Of a stretch of DNA of 64,000 nucleotides, positions 24,198 through 33,801 are shown in pieces. Under the pieces are notes generated by a model. It had not been told where the DNA came from. It saw nothing but the letters and a program-made list of their open reading frames with translations, and did not search any database. This DNA comes from an uncultured Candidatus Peribacteria bacterium. Lineage in GTDB: Bacteria; Patescibacteriota; Gracilibacteria; Absconditabacterales; Absconditicoccaceae. Each line of letters opens with the position of its first letter. Positions within the stretch are counted from its first letter, which is position 1. Where the stretch lies: the NCBI GenBank assembly GCA_964430205.1, contig CAYSER010000002.1, forward strand, positions 17,207-81,206, read 5' to 3'. Made by a program: the position numbers and the translations under genes.

Positions 24198-24740
24198 TTA
24201 TTCATTGATAATCATGATTCCGTCGTCCGGGTCCAGCTGGAGTATTTCATAATCTATTTGCTTTTTATGGATAAATCCGTATAATGATTCCATCTTGTTA
24301 TGATATTTGATCACATCATCTATTATAATGACCGTGTGCGGCGACCTTATTTTCTCTATGATGTCCATATATTCGCCATACTGGTTCTTCTGTCCGTCTA
24401 TGAATATAACGTCTACCGGCTCCGGCATCAATTTTTTGATAGGAGCATAACGCACGTCATATGGATAGCTGATGCTATTGTAACAACGAGCTTCTTTTGT
24501 GTTCCCTAGTCCTTCAAGATATGCAGGGTACGAGACTTCGAAAGAAGCGATCTTGCCTCATCGAGATTTTATCGTCTCTCCTATTACGATACTACTATAT
24601 CCCACTGCACCTCATATCTCCAGACATATTTTCGGTTTCAGTTTTCTCAATAGTTTATCCAAAAAGACTTCCGTAGCCGGACTTATGATGGGAATTTTCC
24701 TCTCTTCGCATGCCTTTCTCAATGATTTTATATATTCCAT
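24198..24740 (-). CDS. class I SAM-dependent O-methyltransferase (family 3-like, 180 aa)
   Basis: Extends 24198..24455 to ATG 24740. SAM motif I reads LEIG-G(TGA)-AVGYSS. TAA stop. Confidence 0.8.
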
Positions 24741-24921
24741 ATCATGGACGTCATCATGCTAAAATATTTGTTACGCTCAGGTAATAAGCTCGCTTTGCTC
24801 GGGTAATTCGCTCCGCGTAATCAAATAAATCATTACGCTCGAAGGGTTCATTACATTCCGAAGGAATTATTACTCTCTATTACCACACATTACCGTTTTA
24901 TTATATTATTTTCAATCAATT

Positions 24922-27024
24922 ATGAATCAACAACAATCACCATCACAACCACAACCACAACAACCACAGCAGCATCATTCTCAATATCCAAAGCCATCCG
25001 TTCCTAGAGCACCGATGTCATCATCCAAGCCATCATCATGACCTGTTGCTCCTGTAGCTTCACAACCGGTGAAGGCATCATCCTCAGTGCCTATGCAATG
25101 AAATCTATCTATCGATTTCAGCAAAAAAAACAATCTGAAACATGATAGTAAGTCTTCTTCAAGAAAGCCGGTACCGTCTTCTAAATTAAAAATGTCTTCC
25201 GAAGCATTTATTCGCCAGGAAAGAGTGTCGTCGCTTGCGGGAGTCAAGGACCCTAGGAAGCTCATCAAGAAAGACGAGATCCCTGTAAAAGTCGGTAATC
25301 TTATCGGTCTCGAACAGGTCGGACAATGCATGTTCATCGAATACAAAGACGATATCATTATTGTCGATGCCGGTATGGAATTCGCCGCTAATGAAGAGCT
25401 CGGTGCGGATTATATCATTCCAGATATCGCCTATCTCAAGAAGAATAAGAATAAGATCAGGGGTATTTTCATCACCCACGGCCATCTGGATCACGTCTGA
25501 GCCATCAAGAATATCATAGAGGATCTCTGATATCCTATCATCTATACGACGCCGCTAGCCTTGGGTATCATCAAGAAGACGTTCGACGACCCTAAAAAAG
25601 CGAATACGATCAAATACAAGATCATCAATCCGGATATAGATCTCATCAAAGCGTGATGCTTTACGGTAGAATTCGTTAGGGTCAATCACAATATCCCAGA
25701 AAGCATGGCACTTGCCATCTATACGCCTAAGGGTATCATCTTCGATTCATGAGATTTCAAGATCGACCATACCCCTGCTATCGATAGGCAGACTGATCTA
25801 GCAAAGATTGCGAGGATCGGTACCGAGGGTGTGAAATTATATACTGGAGATAGCCTATGATCTCAGAATCCAGGTCGGGCTAAGTCTGAAAAGGTCATTG
25901 GAGAATCTATCGATTCCCAGATCAAGAATACCAAATGAAGGATCCTTATTGCAACATTCGCTACGAATATCGGTAGGATCATCCAGATCGTCACGAGTGC
26001 TATCAGATACAATAGGGTAGTCTTCATCTCAGGAAGATCCATGATCAACAATATCGATATCTGTCAGCAGCTCGGATATATCAATGTCCCTAAGGGCATG
26101 ATCCGCAAACTCGATAATGATGTAAACACTATGCCTGCAGATAGAGTGCTCGTCCTTTGCACTTGAGCACAAGGAGAGGAATTCGCTGCGCTTACTAGGA
26201 TGTCCAGAGGAGAACACGCACAAGTCACGCTCGGAAGGTGAGATACTATCCTGATGTCGGCTTCGACTATTCCTGGCAATGAGATGGCTACCAATACCAT
26301 GTTCAACAACTTGCTTGCAAGAGGTGTAGAACTCATCACCAACAATGAGATGGATGTCCATACGAGCTGACACGGATATGCTGAAGACCATAAGCTTTTG
26401 CTCAGTTTGGTCAAACCTCAATACTTCATGCCAGCATTCGATGATATGACGCATAGGTATGCACACAAGAAGCTTGCTCTCGATATGTGAATCCCTGATG
26501 ATCACATCATCATGCCTCAGGAGAACGGTTCAATCATCGAACTCTATGATGATATCGTCCTCATCGGAAACCAGAAGTTGAAGCTGGATACTATTCTTAT
26601 AGACGGAAAGTGACAGTGACATATGTCTGGCGAATATGTTATCAAGGCTCGTCACATCATGGCGCAGAATGGTATCGTCGCTCTTATTTTCAAGATAGAC
26701 ACCAAGACCAACGATCTAGTTGGTAATATCCAGATTGAATCCAGATGATTCGTCTATTCGAGCGAGGTCAAGACTATCCATACCCAGATCGTTGAATTCG
26801 CTAGAGCTAAGTATAATGAAAACCACAAGAAGCGCTTGGACGTCAAAGAAAATCTCAAGCAGATTAAGGAAGATCTCTGAGGATATATAGAAAAAATCAT
26901 AGGCAGGGTACCTATGTTGATGCCGATGTACGTCTATATTAACAGGGAAGCTCAAGGCACTGATCTTCCTTCGGATGAGGCAGTGGTCGGTATGACTTTG
27001 GAGGAACAAGGATATGAAGACTAA
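24922..27024 (+). CDS. rnj: ribonuclease J with a Q/P/S-rich N-terminal extension (700 aa)
   Basis: Frame checked line by line; 16 TGA and no TAA/TAG. GIFITHGHLDHV-G(TGA)-A metallo-beta-lactamase motif. VHTS-G(TGA)-HG beta-CASP motif. TAA 27022..27024. The start at ATG 24922 is less certain than the body. Confidence 0.85.
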
Positions 27025-27069
27025 GCAACCTTCGTTGGAATTATAAAATAAAGGGTTTTCTTTGTAAAA

Positions 27070-27097
27070 ACACTCGTGGAAACACGGGTGTTTTTTT
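27070..27097 (+). terminator. rho-independent terminator after rnj
   Basis: CACTCGTG-gaaa-CACGGGTG stem (one G-U pair) followed by T7. Confidence 0.6.
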
Positions 27098-27195
27098 GTT
27101 TTGAAATGATTTTTTCTACCCATTGTATGTCTCTCTTATTTTTTTGTTTGTGAGGCCTACAACTAGCTATTCCAAAAACCAATCAAAAATATATA

Positions 27196-27224
27196 TTTAC
27201 TGCTTCTTGTGGTGCATTTATATT
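27196..27224 (+). promoter_or_regulatory. candidate sigma70-type promoter (TTTACT-17-TATATT)
   Basis: Hexamers with a 17-nt spacer. The -10 ends 9 nt before ATG 27234, which implies a very short leader. Confidence 0.35.
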
Positions 27225-27233
27225 TTTTATCAC

Positions 27234-27437
27234 ATGGACCAGCTGCAGCGTCATTTTGAGAAACTATTCTATAAGCAAAACCTTAAGAGGCAGGATCTTG
27301 TTGAATTGAAACATGAAGCTCAAGCTTATAATCCTGAGATCAGTAATGCATTGGCCCATATCTTGGAAGACACTTCCAGTACCGTATCTCCTGCTAAACT
27401 CCAGAAGATCAAGAAGCTTTATAACGAGTATTTCTAA
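27234..27437 (+). CDS. small hypothetical protein (67 aa)
   Basis: ATG within track ORF 27123..27437 (MDQLQRHFEKLFYKQ...). TAA stop. Confidence 0.45.
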   Translation: MDQLQRHFEKLFYKQNLKRQDLVELKHEAQAYNPEISNALAHILEDTSSTVSPAKLQKIKKLYNEYF

Positions 27438-27574
27438 TCGTTTTTTTGGATTTCTCCTTATAGTGGTCAGAAAAAATTGCATTATGTTCCGGTATCTGTA
27501 TATATTTATTACCCTTGGAATATAGAAATCAGAAACAAGTGTTGGAATCGACTTTTATTCTCTAATCATATCCA

Positions 27575-28573
27575 ATGAGGCCTCAAAGACCGCCTAGACA
27601 GCATACGTTGACCTGGTCGATGACAAGGATCACCGTGCTTGAGTATTGCAACAAGAAATACTTCTTCAACTACTATCCTCATGCCTTGAAGCCTCTCAAT
27701 GAAGAACTCTGGCTCAATACCCTTCTTCTTAAGAATCTCAAGAGCATGGATATGCGGGTCGGTGAAAAGACCCATCATCTCCTTTCTGACTATCTCAATG
27801 CACTCAAGAGGAGTGACTTGACTGAAGATAATATCCAATCCTTCAAGGATCGTGTCGTCGATGAGATGAGGCGCGAATTCGAGATTTCCAAGACGAGAGA
27901 TTATACCGCTTATGATAGGGATCATAAGTTCTGACTCTCCGAACATTATTATGGTGAGGATGTCGATGATAAGCTCGAAGAGGTTATCCAGAAAGTGCTC
28001 CACAATCTCGATGTCTTCCTTGCCAGCGATCGACATCAAAAAGTCCAGCACTATTTCAAGACGGCTAAGACCGTCTTTGTCGAAAGGCCCAGACAGAAGG
28101 ATTTCGAGAGTATGAAACTCAATCTCTCTTCTCTCCCAGATCTCAAGAATCTCAATGTGATGGCTGCGCCGGATTTCGGTGTCGTCTTCTCCGACAATAA
28201 GTATCTCATCATCGATCGAAAGACTGGACAGGAAAGATTGGAGACAGACGGAATTTCAGATCAGCTCAAGATCTATGCACTCAAGACGCTTCTCAAGGGC
28301 AGGACCGATCTCGATCATGTAGAAATAGAGGGCTATGAGGTCTATCTCCCTAGTCTCAATAAGATCTGAGGGAAGATCCAGAAGACCGATATTGACTATA
28401 TCGTCCAGAGACTCAAAGACGATATGGAATATCAAAGACAATTCCTCATCGATGGAGATATCGTCAATAACGAGCCATTGCCTCACGAAAATTTCCCGAG
28501 GACGACCAGCGCTAAGAAATGCGCTAGCTGCACATTCAGGAAGGTATGCGAAGACTTAAAGAATTTCGAATAA
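27575..28573 (+). CDS. PD-(D/E)XK nuclease, Cas4/RecB-like with a 4-Cys cluster (332 aa)
   Basis: Joins 27575..27934 and 27995..28369 through TGA. N-terminal LEYCNKKYFFNYY. IIDRKTG (D-x-K core). C-terminal KKCASCTFRKVC (CX2CX5C). TAA 28571..28573. Confidence 0.75.
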
Positions 28574-28630
28574 AATCGAGATTTACCTAATAATTAGCCG
28601 TGAAGGAAATATTTTTATGGACTATTGTTT

Positions 28631-28661
28631 AAAAGACGGTTTAGCGCCGTCTTTTTGTTTT
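28631..28661 (+). terminator. rho-independent terminator
   Basis: AAAGACGG-tttagcg-CCGTCTTT followed by a T-run. Confidence 0.6.
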
Positions 28662-28662
28662 A

Positions 28663-28690
28663 TTGACTTTTTTGCTTAAATGTTTATATA
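28663..28690 (+). promoter_or_regulatory. candidate promoter (TTGACT-16-TATATA)
   Basis: Hexamers about 30 nt upstream of ATG 28721. Confidence 0.35.
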
Positions 28691-28720
28691 GTAAAATAAC
28701 AAATCTAAAAAAAATAATGT

Positions 28721-28966
28721 ATGTTGTGGACTATCGTCTTGTGGGTCATGGTAAGCTGCCAGATGCTTGCTTGGCTCTATCTCATGCATAGAGGAGAAAC
28801 CATAACCGCTAGAGGTTATCTCATATTCACTATGGGTATGATGTTGGGTCAGCTAGGTGCTGGTGTCGATTGTTTCATCCAACATGCATGGCCTACGTTT
28901 ATTGTTCAAGTGTTCTTCTTCTTCGCTACTTTGTATGGAGCACTTCGAAGATTTAAGATCTTGTAA
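28721..28966 (+). CDS. small integral membrane protein (81 aa)
   Basis: Uninterrupted ORF with three hydrophobic segments and a TAA stop. Followed by the hairpin CCGGACCG-tat-CGGTTCGG plus T7 (28973..28998). Confidence 0.55.
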   Translation: MLWTIVLWVMVSCQMLAWLYLMHRGETITARGYLIFTMGMMLGQLGAGVDCFIQHAWPTFIVQVFFFFATLYGALRRFKIL

Positions 28967-28996
28967 TGTTTCCCGGACCGTATCGGTTCGGTTTTT

Positions 28997-30223
28997 TTAT
29001 TCTTGGATGAAATGAAAAAAAATCCTGATACTATCTGTATCTATCTTGTAGGACTTATGAACTATATCCACCATGAATGGCGATGGGACCAAAAAAAGAT
29101 CCATCCTTGCTTTGAGTTGTCTTTGGATCAACTTCAATGAAAGATATTTCCCGATGATGGCGAGGAGCGTGATCGGATTCTTGGTAGGCTGAGTCCTGAT
29201 GAAGTTGTTGAGCGTGAAAGGTGTCTTGACCTGTCTTTCCTGTTGCAATGAACTCGGGAATGGTGAAAAATACCCTAGATCATGGAACATCATCCGCTTC
29301 TTCGCTTTTGCGTTTCTGCTTGCCCGTATCGGCGCTCGACCGAGGTATCTCATGACGCTATGGTATCGGATCAGGTCAGGCTTGAATTTTTCTATCTTCC
29401 TTTGGAGTTTTATAGTTTCCCGGAAATTGCCTAATCAGGTGATTATGCCAAGATATTTCGCAAATTTGCCAAGCGGTCATCCCGGCACTTTACCTCCGCA
29501 GAGCTCAACCTCGTATCCATGCTGTTCCAACAGGGCTTTGACGTCGTTGATGTAGGTCTCTATGCCTCCTATCCTATTGATGAAATCCGAGACTATCAGC
29601 ACTCTTTTTGTCTCTTTTCCCGCTAAGGTATAGAACTTCATGAGCCGGCTTTCTTTGCTGAAACGATCAACCGACGAAACGCTTAAACGCTTAAACGTTC
29701 TCTCTTTACCTATTATCCTGATAAGATTATAGAGTCTGGTGCCGGTCGTGTGGCCGGATTGGTGAGTAAGGTCGAGCTTCGGATCTATGAATTCTTTGAG
29801 CCCTCCCTTGGCGTAGCCGATAGGCGCCAATCCCCACTGAAGTGCATTCAGCGCAGAAAGTCCGAACGATTCGAGACATTCCGATGGCATGAGTGCGTAT
29901 TGGTAATTCCCGATATATCTCTTGATAGTCTTGAGATCCTGTCGTCAGAAATAATGGATGTTCTCGTTCTCCGCTGCTAATTCCTGTATTTTCTTTTCTC
30001 TGCTTCCTGACCCGAAGATGAATACCTCAAAGGCGGGTTTCTTCTTATCTTTCTTGAACAGCTCAATCATCTCGATGATGCCATCGATTCATTTTTCGGG
30101 TTCTAATCTTCAGAAATAGAGTAGTCAGAGCATCGTATACAAATAAGGTAAATTTATTTGATTGATATCCAGTATCTTTCTTTGAAGTGTCCTTCATGTC
30201 GATATTCCGAATCTTGGATTCAT
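28997..30223 (-). CDS. GT-B (GT4-like) glycosyltransferase ORF with apparent C-domain then N-domain order; possibly a fused remnant or pseudogene
   Basis: One open frame (TGA only). The upstream half carries C-domain motifs (YFGRLEPEKGIDGIIE...; PSECLESFGLSALNALQWGLAPIGYAKGGLKEFI). The downstream half carries N-domain motifs (KRVLIVSDFINRIGGIETYINDV...KPDLIRYHSV). There is an internal ATG at 29641. The 5' 120 nt overlap the GNAT gene as encoded. Confidence 0.45.
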
Positions 30224-30669
30224 CCGTTATTTTTCATGGCTTTCGAAGATCAGATATTCTCTTTGTTGCAGGTCAACATCACCTTATCTAGCCCTAATTC
30301 CTTGCATTTCTCGAGTGCGAGCTTGAGTCCTATAGTCGCATATCATTTCCTTCTTTCGCTTGGCCTGATGCCATAGCCGATATTGCCTCCATTATATCTC
30401 AATGCTTCGTTGAGCACAGGGCGTATATGTACAGCACCCACTAGCCTTCCTTTATCGTCTATGAGGAAATAGAGGATAGATATCGCATGCTCATGTTTCG
30501 GGTTCCCGGTCTCTCTATCTCTCTTGATCCTTTGTACTAGGTCTTCGAATGTCTCTCCTTCATTGAGATTTGCGGCCCCTGGTATGATCTTTTCGTTCGC
30601 GTCAGCGAATTCCTTGATCATCTCTAGATAGTCCTTTTCATGCTTGGTTTGTGGGAATTCGAGTATCAT
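30103..30669 (-). CDS. GNAT acetyltransferase (COG3981-like); the 3' end is probably frameshifted
   Basis: GGNIGYGIRPSERRK-G(TGA)-YATIGL, CNKENI-G(TGA)-SS and KNNG-G(TGA) match family glycines. As encoded it runs to TAG 30103..30105. Removing one base from the A4 run (plus-strand tttt, 30178..30181) gives ...HFKERYWISIK then TAA, the canonical family ending. Confidence 0.75.
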
Positions 30670-30670
30670 A

Positions 30671-30883
30671 TTAGTCCTTATGGATTAAAATCCTTTCAGT
30701 CTTTTCTTTTCGTTCTTCGAGACTTAGTTTCTGATTATCCAATACTTCTCCTGCATATAATTTCCATAATACTGATATCGCCGCGCATTGCTCGCATTTG
30801 GTACCTTTCCCGAAATTGCATCCGCCTTGCTCTTCTCGGAGCTTGATGCAAAAATCTAATTCTTTTTTGATCTCTTCTTTCAT
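30671..30883 (-). CDS. small Cys-containing hypothetical protein (70 aa)
   Basis: Uninterrupted ORF with [14 protein letters not shown]. Its TAA stop lies 1 nt before the GNAT ATG, which suggests an operon. Confidence 0.55.
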   Translation of the reverse strand: MKEEIKKELDFCIKLREEQGGCNFGKGTKCEQCAAISVLWKLYAGEVLDNQKLSLEERKEKTERILIHKD

Positions 30884-31599
30884 GATGCTGTTTTCTTGGC
30901 TAAATTTTTCGTTTTTTTCGTTCTTCGTTCGTCGATCTTGCCGTGATGGCCGCTGAGGAGGATCTGCGGCACTTTCATGCCAAGTACCTCTTCAGGTTTA
31001 GTATAGTGCGGATATTCGAGATTGTCCATATTCTTGTCGATATTGTAACTCTCGTCCTGTCGACTAGACTCTTCCTTGATGACTCACGGGATGAGTCTGG
31101 ATATCGCTTCGATCATGACCATAGCTGGAGTCTCACCGCCGAGCGTGATGAAGCGTCAGAGGGAAATCTTGTGAAATTGCTGCTTATAATGCTTTTTCAT
31201 ATACTGTTCAAAACGGTAGTCTATACCTTCATATCTGGTGCATACGAAAATCAGATGTTCCACTGTGCTCAAGCTGTGAGCGGTCTTTTGGGTGAAAACG
31301 TCTTTAGAGGGAGACGGGAGGAGTATCTTAAATCACCCTTTATCAGCGGAGCTCTTTGTCTTCTTGATTTTCTTGATGATGGATTCTACGGCTTGGATGG
31401 CAGGAAGCGCTTTCATCAGTAATCCAGCTCCTCACCCATAGATACTATCGTCCACGGTCTGATGCCTGTCAGGGCAGAATGTCCTCGGATTCACGAACGA
31501 GAACTTCAGGAGCTTCTTGTCCTGCGCTTTCTTGATGAGCGAGGTCTCGAGAAAACTTTTGAAGATGTCAGGGAATATAGAGACTATATAGATATGCAT
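30856..31599 (-). CDS. trmD: tRNA (guanine37-N1)-methyltransferase
   Basis: Absent from the track as one ORF (broken by five TGA). [13 protein letters not shown]..., [11 protein letters not shown](TGA 31432..31434)-[26 protein letters not shown](TGA)-V and LLSGHHGKI. Ends at TAG 30856..30858. Confidence 0.9.
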
Positions 31600-31608
31600 A
31601 CTGGATGA

Positions 31609-31640
31609 CTAAACGAATAAACGACTAAACGAACAAACGA
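31609..31640. repeat. 4 x 8-nt tandem repeat (MWAAACGA) immediately upstream of the trmD start
   Basis: ctaaacga ataaacga ctaaacga acaaacga. A second pair, TTGAGCGTTT x2, lies at 31671..31697. Confidence 0.8.
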
Positions 31641-31697
31641 TGTGTCTTTGCTCAAATATACCGTTTTCTCGTTTGAGCGTTTCGGCGCTTGAGCGTT

Positions 31698-32255
31698 TTA
31701 GAATCATTTCGCTATGTATTGTACGAGTCTGATGATGACGTAGGAGGAGACTACGATGAGGAGACCCACCAGTGATCCGATGATACCTTTCTTGGCGTTT
31801 GCCGGATCCTTGCCTGAGCTTGCTGCAAAGATATACATCAATCCTGACACGATAAGCGCTACGGTCACCAAGGTCCCGATAAACATCGTTGCTGAGAGCA
31901 CGATGTCTTGGACGAAAAGTCCGACGGATGTCGATTCGCCTGGGTTCCTTGCGGTATTCCTGATGCCAAGCGTATCGTAGATGTTGAGCTTGCATTGTCC
32001 TTGGACGAGTTGTTCTTGGGAACACGAGATTCCCATCACTGATTCGGATGCAGTCTGTCACGGATTATTCGTGTTTCCTCATGTAGGATTTTGTCCTCAT
32101 CCATTAGGAGGTAATAGGTCTTCGCATTGATTTGTTGTTATGTTGCATGTTTGTGTAACTGGATCACATAATCATTCACATGGTACTATTGCAAATGAAA
32201 AATTTGCCGTAAATAATACTATCGGGAATATCAGACCAATTATTTTTTTTATCAT
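31698..32255 (-). CDS. T4SS-type pilin-like protein, paralog of 8152..8625 (185 aa)
   Basis: Track ORF 31704..32039 extends upstream through TGA codons to ATG 32255 (MIKKIIGLIFPIVLFTANFSFA signal peptide) and downstream by TGA-TTC to TAA 31698..31700. Two hydrophobic helices flank SSGKDPANAKKG. Confidence 0.65.
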
Positions 32256-32378
32256 AAGAATATTTAGATGATAAATCTATAATTTGTATATCCATTCTCC
32301 TTGATTTTGCAAACATAACTAGTAGACACAAGTATCAAGATATACGTAACAAGACCCGTTTAGCTTGTTGGTTAATCT

Positions 32379-32708
32379 ATGAAATCTCTTGCCGATTCAC
32401 TCAGAAAAAGCTTGGCCCATAGGCATCAGGGTCATCAGATGATAGGAGCTCTCGCACTCAATGCGGTCAGAGACTTTTTTGCCAAACAACAATCATTGGT
32501 TAAAATCGGTCAAGATAATGGAAAATCAATAAAAATCGATGAAAATATAGAGGGATATGTGAGGTTCAGTACGCTGTATCTCAAACTCCACGATCAATCC
32601 CTCAAGATCTCTTTTTTTCAACAAAAAAACCAGATATTACATGCCGTAAATCTGGCGCTCAAAAATATCTGATATACGACGAAGATAGAGGAGATACGCT
32701 TTAAATAA
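32379..32708 (+). CDS. DUF721/DciA-like protein (109 aa)
   Basis: Track ORF plus a 12-codon read-through of TGA 32670..32672. This gives the family-typical ending ...GYTTKIEEIRFK then TAA. Confidence 0.55.
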
Positions 32709-32713
32709 ATGCA

Positions 32714-32774
32714 GAATTCAGAATTGAAAATTGAAGATTGAAAATTGAAAATTGAAAATTGAAAATTGAAAATA
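32714..32774. repeat. about 8.7 copies of a 7-nt tandem repeat (RAATTGA)
   Basis: gaattca gaattga aaattga agattga aaattga x4. Lies between convergent genes. Confidence 0.9.
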
Positions 32775-32775
32775 C

Positions 32776-33111
32776 TTATCATTGTTCCTTATCTTTGAAT
32801 TCTTGCTCAAAATCCTTGAATTCCTTGAGATACATCGTCTCGAATTCATCGTATATTTTTTCCAGGAATTCGGGGAAATTAGGTATCTTTTCTTTGAGGT
32901 AGTCTGCAACTTCAGGAGTGACGCCTTTTGTCTCTAGGATATCAAGCATACCTTGACCATCTTTCTCATCTATCTTGTCTATGATATGGGTCATCACTCG
33001 GTCATACAGGACGGGTTTAGTGTCTTCTATCATCATATCGAGTCATTCATCATCAATATCAGGGATGGCCTTGATGATCATCTGTTCGATGAAGGTTTCT
33101 GTATCGATCAT
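32776..33111 (-). CDS. small acidic protein, paralog family A (DUF5663-like?, 111 aa)
   Basis: Track ORF 32779..33036 extended to ATG 33111 through one TGA, with TGA-TAA at the end. C-terminal KIPNFPEFLEKIYDEF resembles 35627..35932 and 43375..43674. Confidence 0.6.
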
Positions 33112-33205
33112 TGGTGTCTGTGTAAGGTAAAATCCTTATCAGGAAGCCTATCTATCTCTTTTCTCATTGCAAGATGAATTCCGTATTTCCCTTTTCAATT
33201 ATCTC

Positions 33206-33233
33206 TTGACATTTGCTATAAAATAACTATAAC
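33206..33233 (+). promoter_or_regulatory. candidate sigma70-type promoter (TTGACA-16-TATAAC)
   Basis: Consensus -35 hexamer. The -10 ends 46 nt upstream of ATG 33280. Confidence 0.45.
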
Positions 33234-33279
33234 AACAATACAAAATCAGTAAACAAAACAGAAAACATCTAAATCTAAC

Positions 33280-33723
33280 ATGATCGTTATGAAAAATTTA
33301 TTTGTAATGCTTATCATGGTTGCTTTTGCAACCGCTACCTTCGCTGCCGTTGATTCCACCAAGACCACCAAAAAGGTCAAGGAACTTTCCACGAAGGAAT
33401 ACACCATTATCGCAGGCACGGACACCATCACCGCCAAACCCGGTGACAGCGTCAATGTACAGTTCACTGAAGCTGACTCCGCCAAATTCACTGGCAAAAA
33501 AGATGTCCAGATGATCGGCGGCAAAGCCACTAAAGTGAAGGAAGTGACTGCCCATGGTAAGAAGTTCTGGGTGAAAGCCGATCAGGATCTTGCAGAGCCG
33601 ATTACAATGCTCTGCGATGAGGATGAACAATCCGATCCCGTGAATCCGATCTTCTATGGCCTTATCGGTCTGGTTGCCCTCGCTGGAGGATGGTCGATCT
33701 GGAGGTTTGGCTTCCGCGGCTAA
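33280..33723 (+). CDS. secreted protein with a C-terminal membrane anchor (147 aa)
   Basis: Uninterrupted ORF. Signal peptide LFVMLIMVAFATATFA. C-terminal IFYGLIGLVALAGGWSIWRFGFRG. TAA stop. Confidence 0.65.
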   Translation: MIVMKNLFVMLIMVAFATATFAAVDSTKTTKKVKELSTKEYTIIAGTDTITAKPGDSVNVQFTEADSAKFTGKKDVQMIGGKATKVKEVTAHGKKFWVKADQDLAEPITMLCDEDEQSDPVNPIFYGLIGLVALAGGWSIWRFGFRG

Positions 33724-33748
33724 TCCGCTAACTAGCATTAAAATATTT

Positions 33749-33778
33749 GACCCCTGGTATCCAGGGGTCGCTTTTTTT
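33749..33778 (+). terminator. rho-independent terminator between convergent genes
   Basis: GACCCCTGG-tat-CCAGGGGTC (9-bp stem), then GC and T7. Confidence 0.7.
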
Positions 33779-33801
33779 ATCGGAAAAACTTTTGTGTCGG
33801 A

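Noticed and set aside
24922-25020. CAA/CCA-rich microsatellite-like DNA upstream of the RNase J core.
   Set aside because: It is in frame with rnj from ATG 24922 and encodes a Q/P/S-rich tail. It is better explained as a low-complexity N-terminal extension than as non-coding repeat DNA. The exact start remains uncertain.
32714-32774. Possible CRISPR array or other spacer-repeat locus.
   Set aside because: The units are 7 nt, directly abutting, with no spacers. There is no cas gene context. The Cas4-like nuclease at 27575..28573 is isolated.
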